The notes under the pieces were generated by a model. It searched no databases. It was not told the origin of the DNA and was given only the letters and a program-made list of their open reading frames with translations. DNA of 64,000 bases from Octopus sinensis (taxonomy: Eukaryota). This document shows positions 50,852-63,736 of this stretch, piece by piece (the first letter of the stretch is position 1; each line of letters opens with the position of its first letter). The translations under genes and the position numbers were made by a program. The DNA is taken from positions 2,938-66,937 of the forward strand of contig NW_021837029.1 in assembly GCF_006345805.1 (NCBI RefSeq), written 5' to 3'.

Positions 50852-52212
50852 CAGTTGCGGCCAAAATGTTCAGAACGGCATTGTTTTCGTCAGAAAAGTA
50901 GATATAAGTTTTTATCAAAGTTGTTTATATTCTATAATTTTCACAGACAATAAATACAATATTAATTGTTATTGTCTGAGATTTTGGTGTAATTTGAGAG
51001 GATAATACAAAAGTTATGGATGATTTAGTGATTTACTGCAAAACCCATAGCGGCCAAAATGATCAGAACGGTTGAAAAAATAACAAAATATCAAAAATGA
51101 CAGAGAATACTGGAATTATTTAATATTTAGTGTGAAGCCCTTTAGCTTCAATCACACTGACATCTTCGACTGCATGAGGAAATTAAATTTTCAATTCCTT
51201 GCTGGGTGATCTTATTCCATTCTTCCTGAAGGGCATTCCATAATTGCTCAGTTGTTTTAGGATTTCTGGCTTTCGAACGTTCTCCTAGAATATTCCACAC
51301 ATTTTCAATAGGATTGAGATCTGGGCTTTGAGCTGGCCAATCCATAACAATAGCCTTTTCAGCCTTGAGGAAGTTCATGACCACCTTAGCCTTGTGACAT
51401 GGGGCATTGTCCTGCATGAATATGAGTGGTCGCTTAGTTGAATTACTCAGCACAGGCAAGACATGATCTTTTACAAGTTGTTTATAAACTCCTGCATTTA
51501 ACTTTCCATGTAATCTCACCAAAGGGCCCACACCATCTCCAGATATCATTCCCCAAACCATGACACTTCCTCCACCGAATTTAACACTAGTCTTAAGGCT
51601 GCTCATTTTTCGAGAAACAGCAGCAGCAGTTTTAAATCTGTTCTTTTTAACCAACTTTACCATAGCACAATCTTCTCTCTTGGTCGTTTTTCTTGGCCTA
51701 TTTATAAACTTTCTTGCTTCACACGAACCACAATCATCGTAGACCTTAAGAATACCTTGTACAACACTTTTTGACTTGTTAACAATCTTTGCAATAGATC
51801 CAATACTTAAATTATCCTTCCTTCGAAGCTTAATAATCTGCTGACGAATTGGTAACGGAGTAAGTGGCATTAAATTAACAAAGTACACTGCAAATATTCT
51901 TACTAATGTTTAGTAAACGAACCGTCACGTAAACAAATTCAAAACATTAGAATTCGCCGATTTAAATATACTAAAACACGAGTAAAAGCAACTGTTCTGA
52001 TCATTTTGGCCGCCATGGGTTTTGCAGTAAATTACTAAATCATCGATAACTTTTGTATTGTCTTCTCAAATTACACCAAAATCTCAGGCAATAACAAATA
52101 ATATTGTATGTATTGTCTGTGAAAATTATAGAATATAAAACAACTTTGATAAAAAATTATATCTACTTTTCTGACGAAAACAATGCCGTTCTGAACATTT
52201 TGGCCGCAACTG
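50852..52212 (-). mobile_element. Tc1-family (DD34E) transposon with ~220-bp IR/DR-type TIRs, internally deleted, 1361 bp
   Basis: TIRs 50852-51071 and 51992-52212, each with outer and inner repeats GCGGCCAAAATG(T/A)TCAGAAC; TA flanks at 50850-51 and 52213-14. Confidence 0.93.
51119..51888 (-). pseudogene. Tc1 transposase lacking the segment with the first catalytic Asp; 1-nt frameshift near the C-terminus
   Basis: Paired-like N-terminus, RPRKTT, then a jump to VKFGGGSVMVWG; FMQDNAP...WPAQSPDLNPIE (D34E); VIEAKGLHTKY* in the shifted frame. Confidence 0.88.
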
Positions 52213-52232
52213 TATAAATAATATATATGCAA

Positions 52233-52282
<50 letters not shown>

Positions 52283-52377
52283 TATATTATTATATATATA
52301 TATATTATATATATATATATATACATGTGGATACAGGACGCCACCAACAGTAAAGAACATGAAATACGAAAACGAAT

Positions 52378-52770
52378 GACACTGCGGCCATACAAGGGCA
52401 CCTCTTTGAGGTATTTTAGTCGAACTAACGCCTGGTACTGATTCTAAAGGGCCTTTTTGCCTAACAACTAAGTTACGGGGACGTAAACATACCATCACTG
52501 GTTTTCAATCATTGGTGGTGGGGGACTAACACAGGCACAAAGCTACACACACACACACACAGACAAACCTACACATACACACACACATACACAGACAAAC
52601 CCACACATACACACACATACAACGAGCCTCATTCAGTTTAGGTCTACCAATTCTATTCACTATAGCCCGAGGCTATAGTAGAAGATACTTGTGCAAGGTG
52701 CCACACAGTGGGACTGAACCCGGAACCATGTGGTTTGTAAGCAAGCTACTTACCACACAGCCACACCCGT
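52378..52770 (-). mobile_element. Composite SINE family C (diverged)
   Basis: Both halves with an (AC)-rich internal tract. Confidence 0.8.
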
Positions 52771-52800
52771 GTCTAATATATATTATATTATATATTGGTA

Positions 52801-52962
52801 CAGGAGTGGCTGTGTGGTAAGTGGCTTGCTTACAAACTATATGGTTCCGGGTTCAGTCCAGTCCCACTGTGTGACACATTGGGCAAGTGTCTTTTACTAT
52901 AGCCTCGGGCCGACCAAAGCCTTGTGGGAGGATTTGGTAGACGGAAACTGAAAGAAGCCCGT

Positions 52963-53002
<40 letters not shown>

Positions 53003-53207
53003 GTGTGTGTGTGTGTGTACGTGTTTGTGTCTGTGTTTGTCCCCTCAACATCGCTTCACAACCGGTTCTGGTGTGTTTACGTACCCGGTAAAAGAGACCA
53101 ATAGAATAAGTACTAGGCTTACAGACAATAAGTCCCGGGGTCGAATAGCTCGATTGAAGGCAGTGCCCCAGTATGGCCGCAGTCAAATGATTGAAACAAG
53201 TAAAAGA
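52801..53207 (+). mobile_element. Composite SINE family C
   Basis: Both halves with internal (TA)n(TG)n. Confidence 0.85.
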
Positions 53208-53648
53208 ATATATGTGTGTATGTTTGGGCGTGTGTGTGTGTATACTTTATATGTGCGTTAACAAGGCAACCTATGGTTTCATGTGGAGGGGTCTTCACAA
53301 TTGTTTAAACGTGCAACATGACACACACAAACACACACACACATATATATGTATGTATGTATGTAGTGTTAGTGTAGGATGTATCAGGGAGTGATGACAA
53401 GAATACAAATCCAGTTGTCGGTCTGCACACACCAGAATCCTTAGAATGTATGGATGTACATTTTAGTTACGTAATATTACTGCAAAATGTGCATTGACTT
53501 TTCTTTACATGCCTCTGTGCGTGTGCTTGAGTATATGCATGTATATATGTATGTATGTATATACATATATATAAATATATGCATATATAAATATATGCGT
53601 AGGTGCAGATATATATATATATATATATTATATATATTATATATATAT

Positions 53649-53681
<33 letters not shown>

Positions 53682-53770
53682 ATTATATATTCTCACGTCG
53701 TTTGCTATCTATCTACCCTGTATCTACCTACCTACCTACCTACCTACCTACCTACCTACCTACTACCTAC

Positions 53771-53814
<44 letters not shown>

Positions 53815-53952
53815 ATATCCGAATATATAGTATGAGAACACATATGTAAATGTAAATACCTATTTATATATTTAAATATATGAACCCATTTATATATCTA
53901 AATATATATATTTTTGAATGTGTGTCTATGTGTAACTAGATATATGTCACTA

Positions 53953-53994
<42 letters not shown>

Positions 53995-54296
53995 ACTATA
54001 TATATATACATATACATAAACGTATATATATTCATATAATTAAGTACACATGCATACATACACACACATATACACACACATATATATATACGCATATATA
54101 ACACACGCACATATATATATATATATTATATATATATATATACATGTACAGACACGCACACACTCGCATACCCAACGTCATGTATATGCCAGTATATATG
54201 CAGTTCTCTTCGTGTGCAGTACGTGCACAAGCATGCGCATTTGCATGCATGGGTGGATGTAATATTGCTCAGTGGATGGAACGGAGGACTTTTATG

Positions 54297-54334
<38 letters not shown>

Positions 54335-54978
54335 CACAGGAAAAAAATCCCAAGCAATATAAAATGGACCGTTATTGTTAAATATGAATGAATATGCACT
54401 CAGTATATGTGTATATGTATGTTTTGGTATATATGTATGTTACTATATATTCATATATATGTATGTATACATGCATATATATATATGCATATGAATACAC
54501 ACACACATTTATACACACATGCATGTAAATATGCATATCCACACGCACATACACACTCACACACGCACATATAGACACACACGCATACTCACACAGAGAT
54601 ATGCATATACATTTTCATGAACTCATACGCATACGCACTGATATATGTATATTTGTGTGTGTGTGTGTATGCGTGTGTGTATATATGTATATATATGTAC
54701 GCATATATATATGTATATATACATATATACGCATATATAGATATATGATCATTTATATACATGTATATTGCAACACACATTTACATATATCTATTGTATA
54801 CATACTACTAACATATATATGCAGATTTACACAAATATACACATATGAATCGGCATGTACCAATCCATCCATACAGCCACACTCACAAACACCTGTACGG
54901 TGAGACAAATATACGTATATATTTAGATATACGTGTATACACCCCCCCCCACACAAATACATATATATATAGATAGTT

Positions 54979-55020
<42 letters not shown>

Positions 55021-55189
55021 GGAGAGAATGAGAGATAGAGAGAATGCATGTGCGTGCCTGTATGTGTGTGTGTATTCATGTACATATGTATAAACACCTA
55101 TTGCAGGTATAGATGCATATAAATACATATATAACTATATAAATATATGTATATATAAGCAAATATACATTTCTATATTTGAGGGTTTG

Positions 55190-56290
55190 TCGATTAGCAT
55201 CGATCACAACGTTCAGTTAGTACTATAAATCCCAGAAGGTAAGGGGCCGGAAGAAATGCTGCTAAGCATTTGGACCGATGCGCTAACGATTTTTCCAGCT
55301 CATTGCCCTAATTTCCGCCGAGGTCGACTTTGCTTTTCATCCTCTCGAGATCGATAAAATGAATCCAGTTGAGTACTGCTCTCAATTTAATCGGCTAGAC
55401 CCCTCCCCTCAAATCTCAGGCGTTGTGCTTATTGTAGAAAGGATTGTTATTGTTATCGTTTCTTCTATAGGCAGAAGGCCAGGAATTTGATGAGAGGGTG
55501 CTAGTCGATTACATCGACCCCAGTACTTAAGTGGTACTCAATGTATTTAAGGCGGCGAGCTGGCAGAAACGTTAGCACGCCGGGCGAAATGCGTAGCCGT
55601 ATTTCGTCTGTCGTTACGTTCTGAGTTCAAATTCCGCCGAGGTCGACTTTGCCTTTCATCCTTTCGGGGCCGATAAATTAAATACCAGTTGCGCACTGGG
55701 GTCGATGTAATCGACTTAATACCTATGTCTGTCCTTGTTTGTCCCTTCTATGTTTAGCCCCTTGTGGGTAATAAAGAAATAGGTACTCAATATATTGACT
55801 CCGAAAAGATGAAAGGCAAAGTCGTCCTTGGCCGAATTTGAACTCAAACGTAAACCCAGAAGAAATTTTGTGCAAAACTGTTGTTTCTAACAATCCCGAA
55901 AGGCTGAAAGACAAAGTGTCTTTCAAAGTGCGTCGGTGTCATTTGAATTCGGAACGTAAAGCCGGAAGATACAATGCTTAGCCGTATTTCATGTCTTCAC
56001 ATTCTGTGTTCAAATTTCATGGAGGTCGACTCTGCCTTTCATCATTTCGGTGTCGATGAAATAAGTACCAGTTGGCCTTGTACCAAAATTTGAAAAAGCG
56101 GCAACAAAGAGCTTAGCAGGATTTCGTCTGTCGTTGTGTTCTGGGCTCAAAATTCCGCCGAGGTCGATATTTCCTTTTATCCTTTCGGGCTCGATAAAAA
56201 TACATAACCTGCCAAGTTCTGTGTTCGATGGAATCGACTTCCACCTTTACTCACAGACTGCAACCTCGGTGCCAAAACTGAAACAATTAT
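55190..56290. mobile_element. Cluster of about six nested and tandem SINE family M copies
   Basis: Includes an intact tail-A copy at 55551-55781 (+) inside a minus-strand copy, with 15-bp TSD GGTACTCAAT(G/A)TATT at 55533-55547 and 55782-55796. Confidence 0.8.
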
Positions 56291-56325
56291 TACTAAATAA
56301 ATAACTAAAGTCACAACGAAATTTT

Positions 56326-56490
56326 GGCGTAGGAGTGTGGTAAATAGCTTGCCTACCAACCACATGGTTCCCAGTTCAGTCCCACTACGTGGCATCTTGG
56401 GCAAGTGTCTTCTACTATAGCCTCGGGCCGACCAATGCCTTTGTGAGTGGATTTGGTAGACGGAAACTGAAAGAAGCCCGTCGTATATCT

Positions 56491-56531
<41 letters not shown>

Positions 56532-56750
56532 TGTGTGTATATATGTTTGTGTGTCTGTGTGTTTGTCTCCCCAACATCGCTTGACAACCGATGGTGGTGT
56601 GTTTACGTCCCCGTTACTTAGCGGTTCGGCAAAAGAGACCGATAAAATAAGTACTAGGTTTACAAAGAACAAGTCCTGTGGTCGATTTGGTCGACTAAAG
56701 GCGGTGCTCCAGCATGGCCGCAGTCAAATGACTGAAACAAGTAAAAGAGT
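56326..56750 (+). mobile_element. Composite SINE family C
   Basis: Complete copy. Confidence 0.88.
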
Positions 56751-56988
56751 TCTCTCTGACGAAAGGAAACACGGATGGACCAATCCAATCACAGAATGCA
56801 CTCATTAATCTTTCTCCACTCTTTCGAAAGGCGGTGTAGTCTGAAATATCAGGGCTTTTTCCTTATTCTTCACGATAACTGAACTTATTGACGCTCAATA
56901 AATTCCTTCTTCGGATTTATATTACACACACAAAACTTGCCTTTATAATTTGCTACACATAAGTCATTTGTGTTCGACTACACAATGA

Positions 56989-57028
<40 letters not shown>

Positions 57029-57816
57029 ATTATATATAGTATATATATATATATATATCATATAATATATATATATATAAACCTAAGTATGTATATGTGT
57101 GTATGTACGTGTATCTATCTATCTATCTATCTATCTATTCACACATTCTGCGCTCAATCCTAGATTTAATTTAATTAAATTTCAATTTGCATATAAATAT
57201 AAATTTAATTTAAATATATACAATGTTATATAGAATTAATTAATACTTATGATCAACGAGGCGTTACTAAAATATTTTATCCTATATTAATTATCAAATA
57301 ATCATCACCGAATGATTTAATTGTGCTATTAACTAAAATAAATCATTCTGTGACAACATAGGAAATACTGTACGAACAACAGTAATATGAGTTCAAATTC
57401 AGTCGAAAAAGCGCCTACTGATCCATTTGAGAGATACCTATACCTTTATTAGGAGATGTTGTTGTTTAACATGACGGTAACCCAAATAAAGGAGATACTA
57501 TGGTCAAAAACGTTACAGTTGTGACCATCCCATCTTCTATATAGACTTATGTTGAGTAATATCAATTGCATCGTGCTTTCAGCAGCGGATGATTTAAGGA
57601 AGACGTGATAATAATAAGCGGTAAATCGAACGGTTTTAGAAAGATCCTTGTATATTAACTTGTGGTAGGCCGTCTCTTCATTAATTGTTGGTACATATGT
57701 TGTAGTCACTTTACCTAACAGAACCCCACCACCAAAAAAAAACCAAAAAAATAACTGCCGAATATCTCCAAATCAAACCTCTGGAAAATTGGACAATTTA
57801 GTCCTGTTTAATATAT

Positions 57817-58040
57817 ATTTCTTTATTGCCCACAAGGGGCTAAACACAGAGGGGACAAACAAGGACAGACAAAGAGATTAAGTCGATTACATCGACCCCA
57901 GTGCGTAACTGGTACTTAATTTATCGACCCCGAAAGGATGAACGGCAAAGTTGACATCGGCGGAATTTGAACTCAGAACGTAGCGACAGACGAAATGCCG
58001 CTAAGCGTTTCGCCCGGCGCGCTAACGTTTCTGCCAGCTC
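57817..58040 (-). mobile_element. SINE family M, tail A, monomer with 16-bp TSD
   Basis: GTCCTGTTTAATATAT at 57801-57816 and 58041-58056. Confidence 0.92.
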
Positions 58041-58137
58041 GTCCTGTTTAATATATGTCTTCATTTGGAAGTATAGAGCGAGGCTAAGTGTAAATTATTT
58101 TGTGTGTAGATGTGAATGAATGTCTGGATATGTATAT

Positions 58138-58356
58138 ATCACACGATCACGTGACCGACCACACTGTCTGGTGTTACACATCGCTGGTTACAATGCATTG
58201 CAAGCAGGCCAGCATTCCCCCTTGATGGAAAGGGGATTGGAGCAACGGGAAATGAAGTGCCTTGCTGAAGAACACAGCGCACCGCCAGGTCTGGGAATCG
58301 AACCTACGAACTAGCAATCGTGAGTCCAGCGGCCTAACCCCTAGGCCACGCGCCTT
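58138..58356 (-). mobile_element. SINE with CORE-like head and tail iii
   Basis: The tail GCATTGT(A/G)ACCAGCG..GTGT...GGTCGGTCACG is shared with 58561-58871, which has a different head and body. Confidence 0.7.
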
Positions 58357-58560
58357 CATGTATATGTATGTTTCTGTCCCTCCCCCCCTCTCTCTCTCTA
58401 TATATATATATCGTTGTAATTGTTTGATTACAACGATTACATCTTGAAAAAAATCCGCTCTCATCATGTGATTTAAAATAAATAGAGGTAGAAGAAAATT
58501 CAAATCGACTCGCTTTGCTAAGCATTAATAAAACAAGTTAAGATATATATATATATATAT

Positions 58561-58870
58561 CGCCGTGATCACCGTGACCGACCAGGCTATCAGATGTTGC
58601 TACACAACGCTGGTCACAATGCGCTTCGCATTGTTTTAGCCTTCAAATGACGCCATCCCGCTGGCTAAGCGAGCAGTTCAACAGAAGAAAAAGTGAGAGA
58701 AAATTGTGGCGAAAGAGTACAGCAGGGATCGCCACCACCCCCTGCCGGAGCCTTGTAGAGCTTTAGGTGTTTTCGCTCAATAAACACTCACAACACCCGG
58801 TCTGGGAATCGAAACCGCGATCCAACGACCACGAGTTCTCTGCCCTAACCACTGGGCCATTGCGCCTCCA

Positions 58871-58871
<1 letters not shown>
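58561..58871 (-). mobile_element. SINE family A with tail iii
   Basis: Head and body as at 166-350; different 3' part. Confidence 0.8.
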
Positions 58872-58911
<40 letters not shown>

Positions 58912-59159
58912 GCATTATCAAAACGCCCCCTTCATTTTCGCTTATTTCTTCCTATTCCTTTTTCCCCACCTCCGTTTTTCATCTCTTTATATCTTCTCCA
59001 CCTTTATCAGTTTCCTCTCTCCTTTACCAAACTCTGTGTCAGAAAAACCTATATATATATAGATGTGCAAATCCAACAGTTTTGAGTGATAACTTGTCTG
59101 AAGACCCTGTGCATTCACAGGTGAAACTCAGAGTAGTAAGAGACTGACTCAAATAGTCC

Positions 59160-59372
59160 TTTCTATTATGGGAACAAGGCCTGAAATTTGAAGAGAGAAT
59201 ACTTGTCGATTAAATCGACACCAATACTAAACTTGAACCTGTTTTAGAAACCTCGAATGGATGAAAGTGAAGTTGACCGCAACGAAAGTTGAACTCAAAA
59301 CGTTAAAGCTGAACGAAATGCTACTAAGCATTTTGTCTGGATTGCTAAGCTGTCAGCTCGCCGCCTTACTAA
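59160..59372 (-). mobile_element. SINE family M, tail B, diverged
   Basis: CAAGGCCTGAAATTT...TTGAACTCAAAACG...CAGCTCGCCGCC. Confidence 0.7.
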
Positions 59373-59660
59373 GCCCAAATAATACACACACACACACACA
59401 CACACACATAAAAGAAGAGACAGCGAGGATAACGACAACCATTACACAAGGAAATCAAATTCCCTGTTATTCGAAAATCTCTTGATAAAGTCTCTTATAT
59501 ATTTGCTTCTTAACTGAAACTATTGTTCAGCAATATGACCAAAACCTGAGACCCGTGAAAGAACTCGCTTCCCAGAAGCAGTTCAGTAAAATATACAACT
59601 GAAAATTTACTCTTTCTCCAAGCAAATTTGTTCCAATCCTGTTGCTGTTGTTAAGATGAT

Positions 59661-59969
59661 GTTGATGCTGTTGAGCGAGAAGTCCGGAACGTGGTCCTTT
59701 GCTATTCGAAAGACCCGCAGAAGAGAAAGCAGATCAACCCCCGACACCGAGAGCATCGACGGATGGATGAATGCGCATCCAGACTCAACGGTTGCGTAGG
59801 AAGTCGGGGACAAGAAACAGGAAGAAAGAATGAGAGAAAGTTGGAGCGAAAGAGTACAACAGGGGTCGCCACCACCCCCTTATATATTTAAAGCTCCATC
59901 GTGGAGCTTTAGGTGTTTTTCGCTCAATAAACACACACAATACCCGGTCTGGGAATCGAAACCCCGACC
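59661..59969 (-). mobile_element. SINE family A, tail i, 5' truncated
   Basis: Reverse complement of 220-549. Confidence 0.8.
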
Positions 59970-60065
59970 TATCAACTCATTTTAGATCTCTCTCAGGTAA
60001 ATGAAATAATTTCTTGGTATTTACACACAGAAGGAATCAAGAGCGAAAAAAAAAGTCCAGTTTTA

Positions 60066-60501
60066 GGCGCAGGTATGGCTGTGTGGTTAGAAGTTTTCTT
60101 CCCAACAACGTGGTTTTGGGTTCAGTCCTACTGGGTGGTACTTTGGGCAAGTGTCTTCTACTATAGCCCCGGGCCTACCAGAGTGAATTTGGTAGATGAA
60201 AACTGAATGAAATCCGTCGTGTGTATATATATATATATTATATATATATATATATAAATTGGAAAAATAAACGTTTATCAATTCAAAATGAACAATTAAA
60301 TTACACCATATTGAAAATTACATATAATAGAAATTCATAAAAGGTGTTTTTTTTCTTTCTATTTTTTCTATATATATATATTATATTGTATGAAATTTGA
60401 TTTAGTGTTTCTAAATTGAATTTTTCCCTGTAAGTTAGGATTAATATTCCTCAAATAATTATATATTATATATATAGACATATATATATATATATATATT
60501 A

Positions 60502-60577
<76 letters not shown>

Positions 60578-60854
60578 GTGTGTCGGTGTCTGTGTGTTTG
60601 TGTATCTGTGTGTTTGTGCGTGTATTTGTGTGTGTGTATATGTGCGCGCGCAATTGTGTTTGTGTGTTGACACCGCTTGACAACTGGTGTTTTGTTTGTT
60701 AGCCCCCTACAACCTAGCAATTCAGCAAAAGAGACTGATAGAATAAGTCCAAGACTTATTTTTATTTAAAAAGAAAATTATCAGTACTGGGGCTGATTCG
60801 TTCGACCAAAATCCTTCAAGGCGGTCTCCCATCAGAGCTGCCGTCCAATAAAAG
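60066..60854 (+). mobile_element. Composite SINE family C with a greatly expanded or interrupted internal spacer
   Basis: 5' half at 60066-60222, 3' half at ~60655-60854; AT-rich DNA and (TA)n(TG)n between. Confidence 0.7.
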
Positions 60855-61324
60855 ATTAATAAAAATATAAATGTCGAATACGATTTCTTGGTATGGTTAA
60901 GATGCCCCGGTGCAGGATGTTATTCAAAACTTGCAAATTTGCTGATCTATCCAACAGCATTAACTTAAAGTCGTTCATCCATCAACGTCGCACAACACAA
61001 CACTGAAAAACTTCTTTACTTTCTGATCCGATAAAGCAGCTTCTTTCTTAACTCTCGGTTTTTCCAGGGTTGTGACGGCCAATGCAATTCAATTTTTTAC
61101 CCCTTATATATTTGAGAAATTAGGTGTTTTTCACACTTAGTCATTTAACTGTTTGTTGAATGGTTCGACGATAATTTTAGGATTAAAGAACTTTTGAAAT
61201 TATTTTCATCACGGACGTTATAAGTACAGGATAAGTAATTCTCATTTACCTTTAAAAGACCTGCATCCCTTTCACTCGCATACTCCTCTTTGCTGCAACA
61301 GATGATGCCTTACAATTTGCATCA

Positions 61325-61444
61325 AAGTATAACTTAATGTCTGTGTTTTAACGTTGTAATCATGTCAAAATTTCGGCACAGAAGTATTACTTAATGTCTG
61401 TGTTTTAACGTTGTAATCATGTCAAAATTTCGACACAGAAGTAT
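61325..61444. repeat. 57-bp tandem duplication (2.1 units)
   Basis: AAGTAT at 61325, 61382 and 61439; ACTTAATGTCTGTG at 61332 and 61389. Confidence 0.95.
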
Positions 61445-62030
61445 CAATCTCCTAGCTTATTTGTTTCAATTTTTGGTTCACAGATAAGGACATAAGCATC
61501 GCTTTTGGAGATCTGAGAAAATAATTTCTGAAATATTAACGAAAATTACAAGATAACACAAATTGTTTTATGTTACGTACAGTGGCTACTGTTAAAATCG
61601 ATATTGTACTACATTGTTGAACCTACAAATCTGGAAAGTGTATTATTCAAAATATAACAAACTAACTTTAGACCACTTCAATATGATGTATTCTTTGCTT
61701 GTGACTATGTATGATTAGAATTGAAAACTAATTATTGCTAGATCATATCACGACACTGTATAAAAAGAATTATTTAGAAAAATAAGTTTCAATTTATGGA
61801 TTTTCGAGGAATTTATACATACTTTTTCTCTCTACGATGACGAAAAGTTTATTAGAAGGGAATGTGAAAGCGAATACGAAAGAGTAAGTCTTATATAAAT
61901 AACAAGGAGCAGGAAGAGGAGAGAATGAATGATTTCAAAAAGTAGAAGGATTAAGAGATTAAGGGGATAATAGAGGGGAAAGCTATTGAGAAAGAGTTTA
62001 TTTCTTAGAGAGCAATGTGAAAGTGAATGA

Positions 62031-63500
62031 TCTTACTAAAATGGGTGTTATGTTCGTCTGTTTGCCGTCCGTCTGTCTGTCTGTTTGTCTCCTCCTCACG
62101 GTCAAACGGCTGACCAATGGTCACGATGGTTTCCGAGATTACGAAGGAGTTAACCAGGAAGGATGTTAGCGAAAAAATGAGAAAAAGTATGATTAATTAG
62201 TAGATTATTTAGTTGATTATTTAGTTTTGTATTAATAAATCACCTTTGATTTTTTTATTGCTAAAATTCCGGCGACGAGGATTAACTCTGGACTCCCTCC
62301 TCGTATAGTTCGGGAATTTAGAGGGTTTAGATTTGCGATACTGTCCCTTTATTTCCCATCGTAGACGGGCAGATTTGTTGTCTTTATAATGGGCGTTATG
62401 TCCATCTGTCTGTTTGTCTCTTTGTTTGTTTCCTCTTCACGGCCACACTGCTGGACCAATGGTTACGATATTTTTCGGGATTATAAAAACAATCGTCTGG
62501 AAGCTTTTTAGCATTACAAAATCAGAAAGTATGATTATTTCGTGGATATCGATTTTTGTATTGATAAATCCCTTTCGCATTTTTATTAAAAATTCACCGA
62601 CCACGAGTAACTCTGGATTTTCATCGTATAGTATACAGCCCCATCGTATATACGAAGGGGGTCACGAGGACGGTTAATAGCGAAAATAAAATGTGAAAAG
62701 TGTGTGTCAGTATAGAGTGTGTGTGATTATTAAGTAATTGTTGAAGTGTGTCAGTCTCGAGCAGGATTTGAAACGGCTAATCGAAGCAGCTGTTGTTTAC
62801 ATTTCAGTTTTGTCAATGAAAATAACCCATGGTACCAGAACATCCAGATATTATTCGCATAAAACAGTGAGAGATAAGTCTTAGTTTAATTTTTTGCAAC
62901 CCTAAAGATTCCGCTCGCGTATTCACAGCAAACAAGAAACAGCCAGACTTTAGATCGTGGAAATGTATTTTTACACACGGCCAGTTATACGTCGCTGAGT
63001 AGAGCAACGGACTCCAATAATTTGAAAATTAGTGTCGACCAACAAAAAAATATTGTGTACAAAGAAGTTTTGTAATCATATTGATATTATCGAAAGGAAT
63101 ATGATTCATAATTTGAATAAGGAAATTTGTGAACTTAGAATGTATAAGAGTATAAACAAGCGTAGAAGAGTGTAAACAACTAAAATAAAAGTATATCTAA
63201 ACATTATTTTCGTAATACTTTTTTGGTAATAGTCGAAGGAAGCTCTGGCTTTCGTTAGGAGTAGTCCACATATCCATTCAAGATACGGAGGCTGGGAGCC
63301 TATTTCAGGTGCGGGAGTGAGTCGTCATCACATGTCACTTATGGCTGCAACAGAATGCTCTGTCACCAACAATAATGTGATTTCTCTAAGCTGACATCAT
63401 CCAGAAATCTATCAAAGTCCGTTTACACATTTCTCAATACATACTGCTGTTATGACCCCCCCTATTTTATGCCTCCATCGTAGATGGGTAGATTTGCTAG
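62031..63500 (+). mobile_element. Head-to-tail pair of non-autonomous Helitron-like elements (62031-62380 and 62381-63500)
   Basis: A|TC start at 62031; both begin ...AATGGG(T/C)GTTATGT.C.TCTG..; 3' hairpin CCCATCGTAGACGGG at ~62355 and CCATCGTAGATGG followed by CTAG|T at 63497-63501. Confidence 0.6.
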
Positions 63501-63506
63501 TAAATC

Positions 63507-63736
63507 TATTTCTTTACTGCCCATAAGGCGCTAAACACAGAGAGGACAAACATGGACAGACAAACGGATCAAGTCGATTACATCGCCCCCAGTGCGTAAC
63601 TGGTACTTAATTTATCGACCCCGAAAGGATGAAAGGCAAAGTCGACCTCGGCGGAATTTGAACTCAGAATGTAGCGGCAGACAAAATGTTGTTAAACATT
63701 TCGCCCGGCGTGCTAACGATTCTGCCAGCTCGCCGC
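63507..63736 (-). mobile_element. SINE family M, tail A, monomer
   Basis: Complete head-body-tail. Confidence 0.88.

Noticed and set aside
57449-57790. 86-aa minus ORF and weak splice-site pairs in unique AT-rich DNA
   Set aside because: No motif, short or T-rich candidate exons, signals at chance level.
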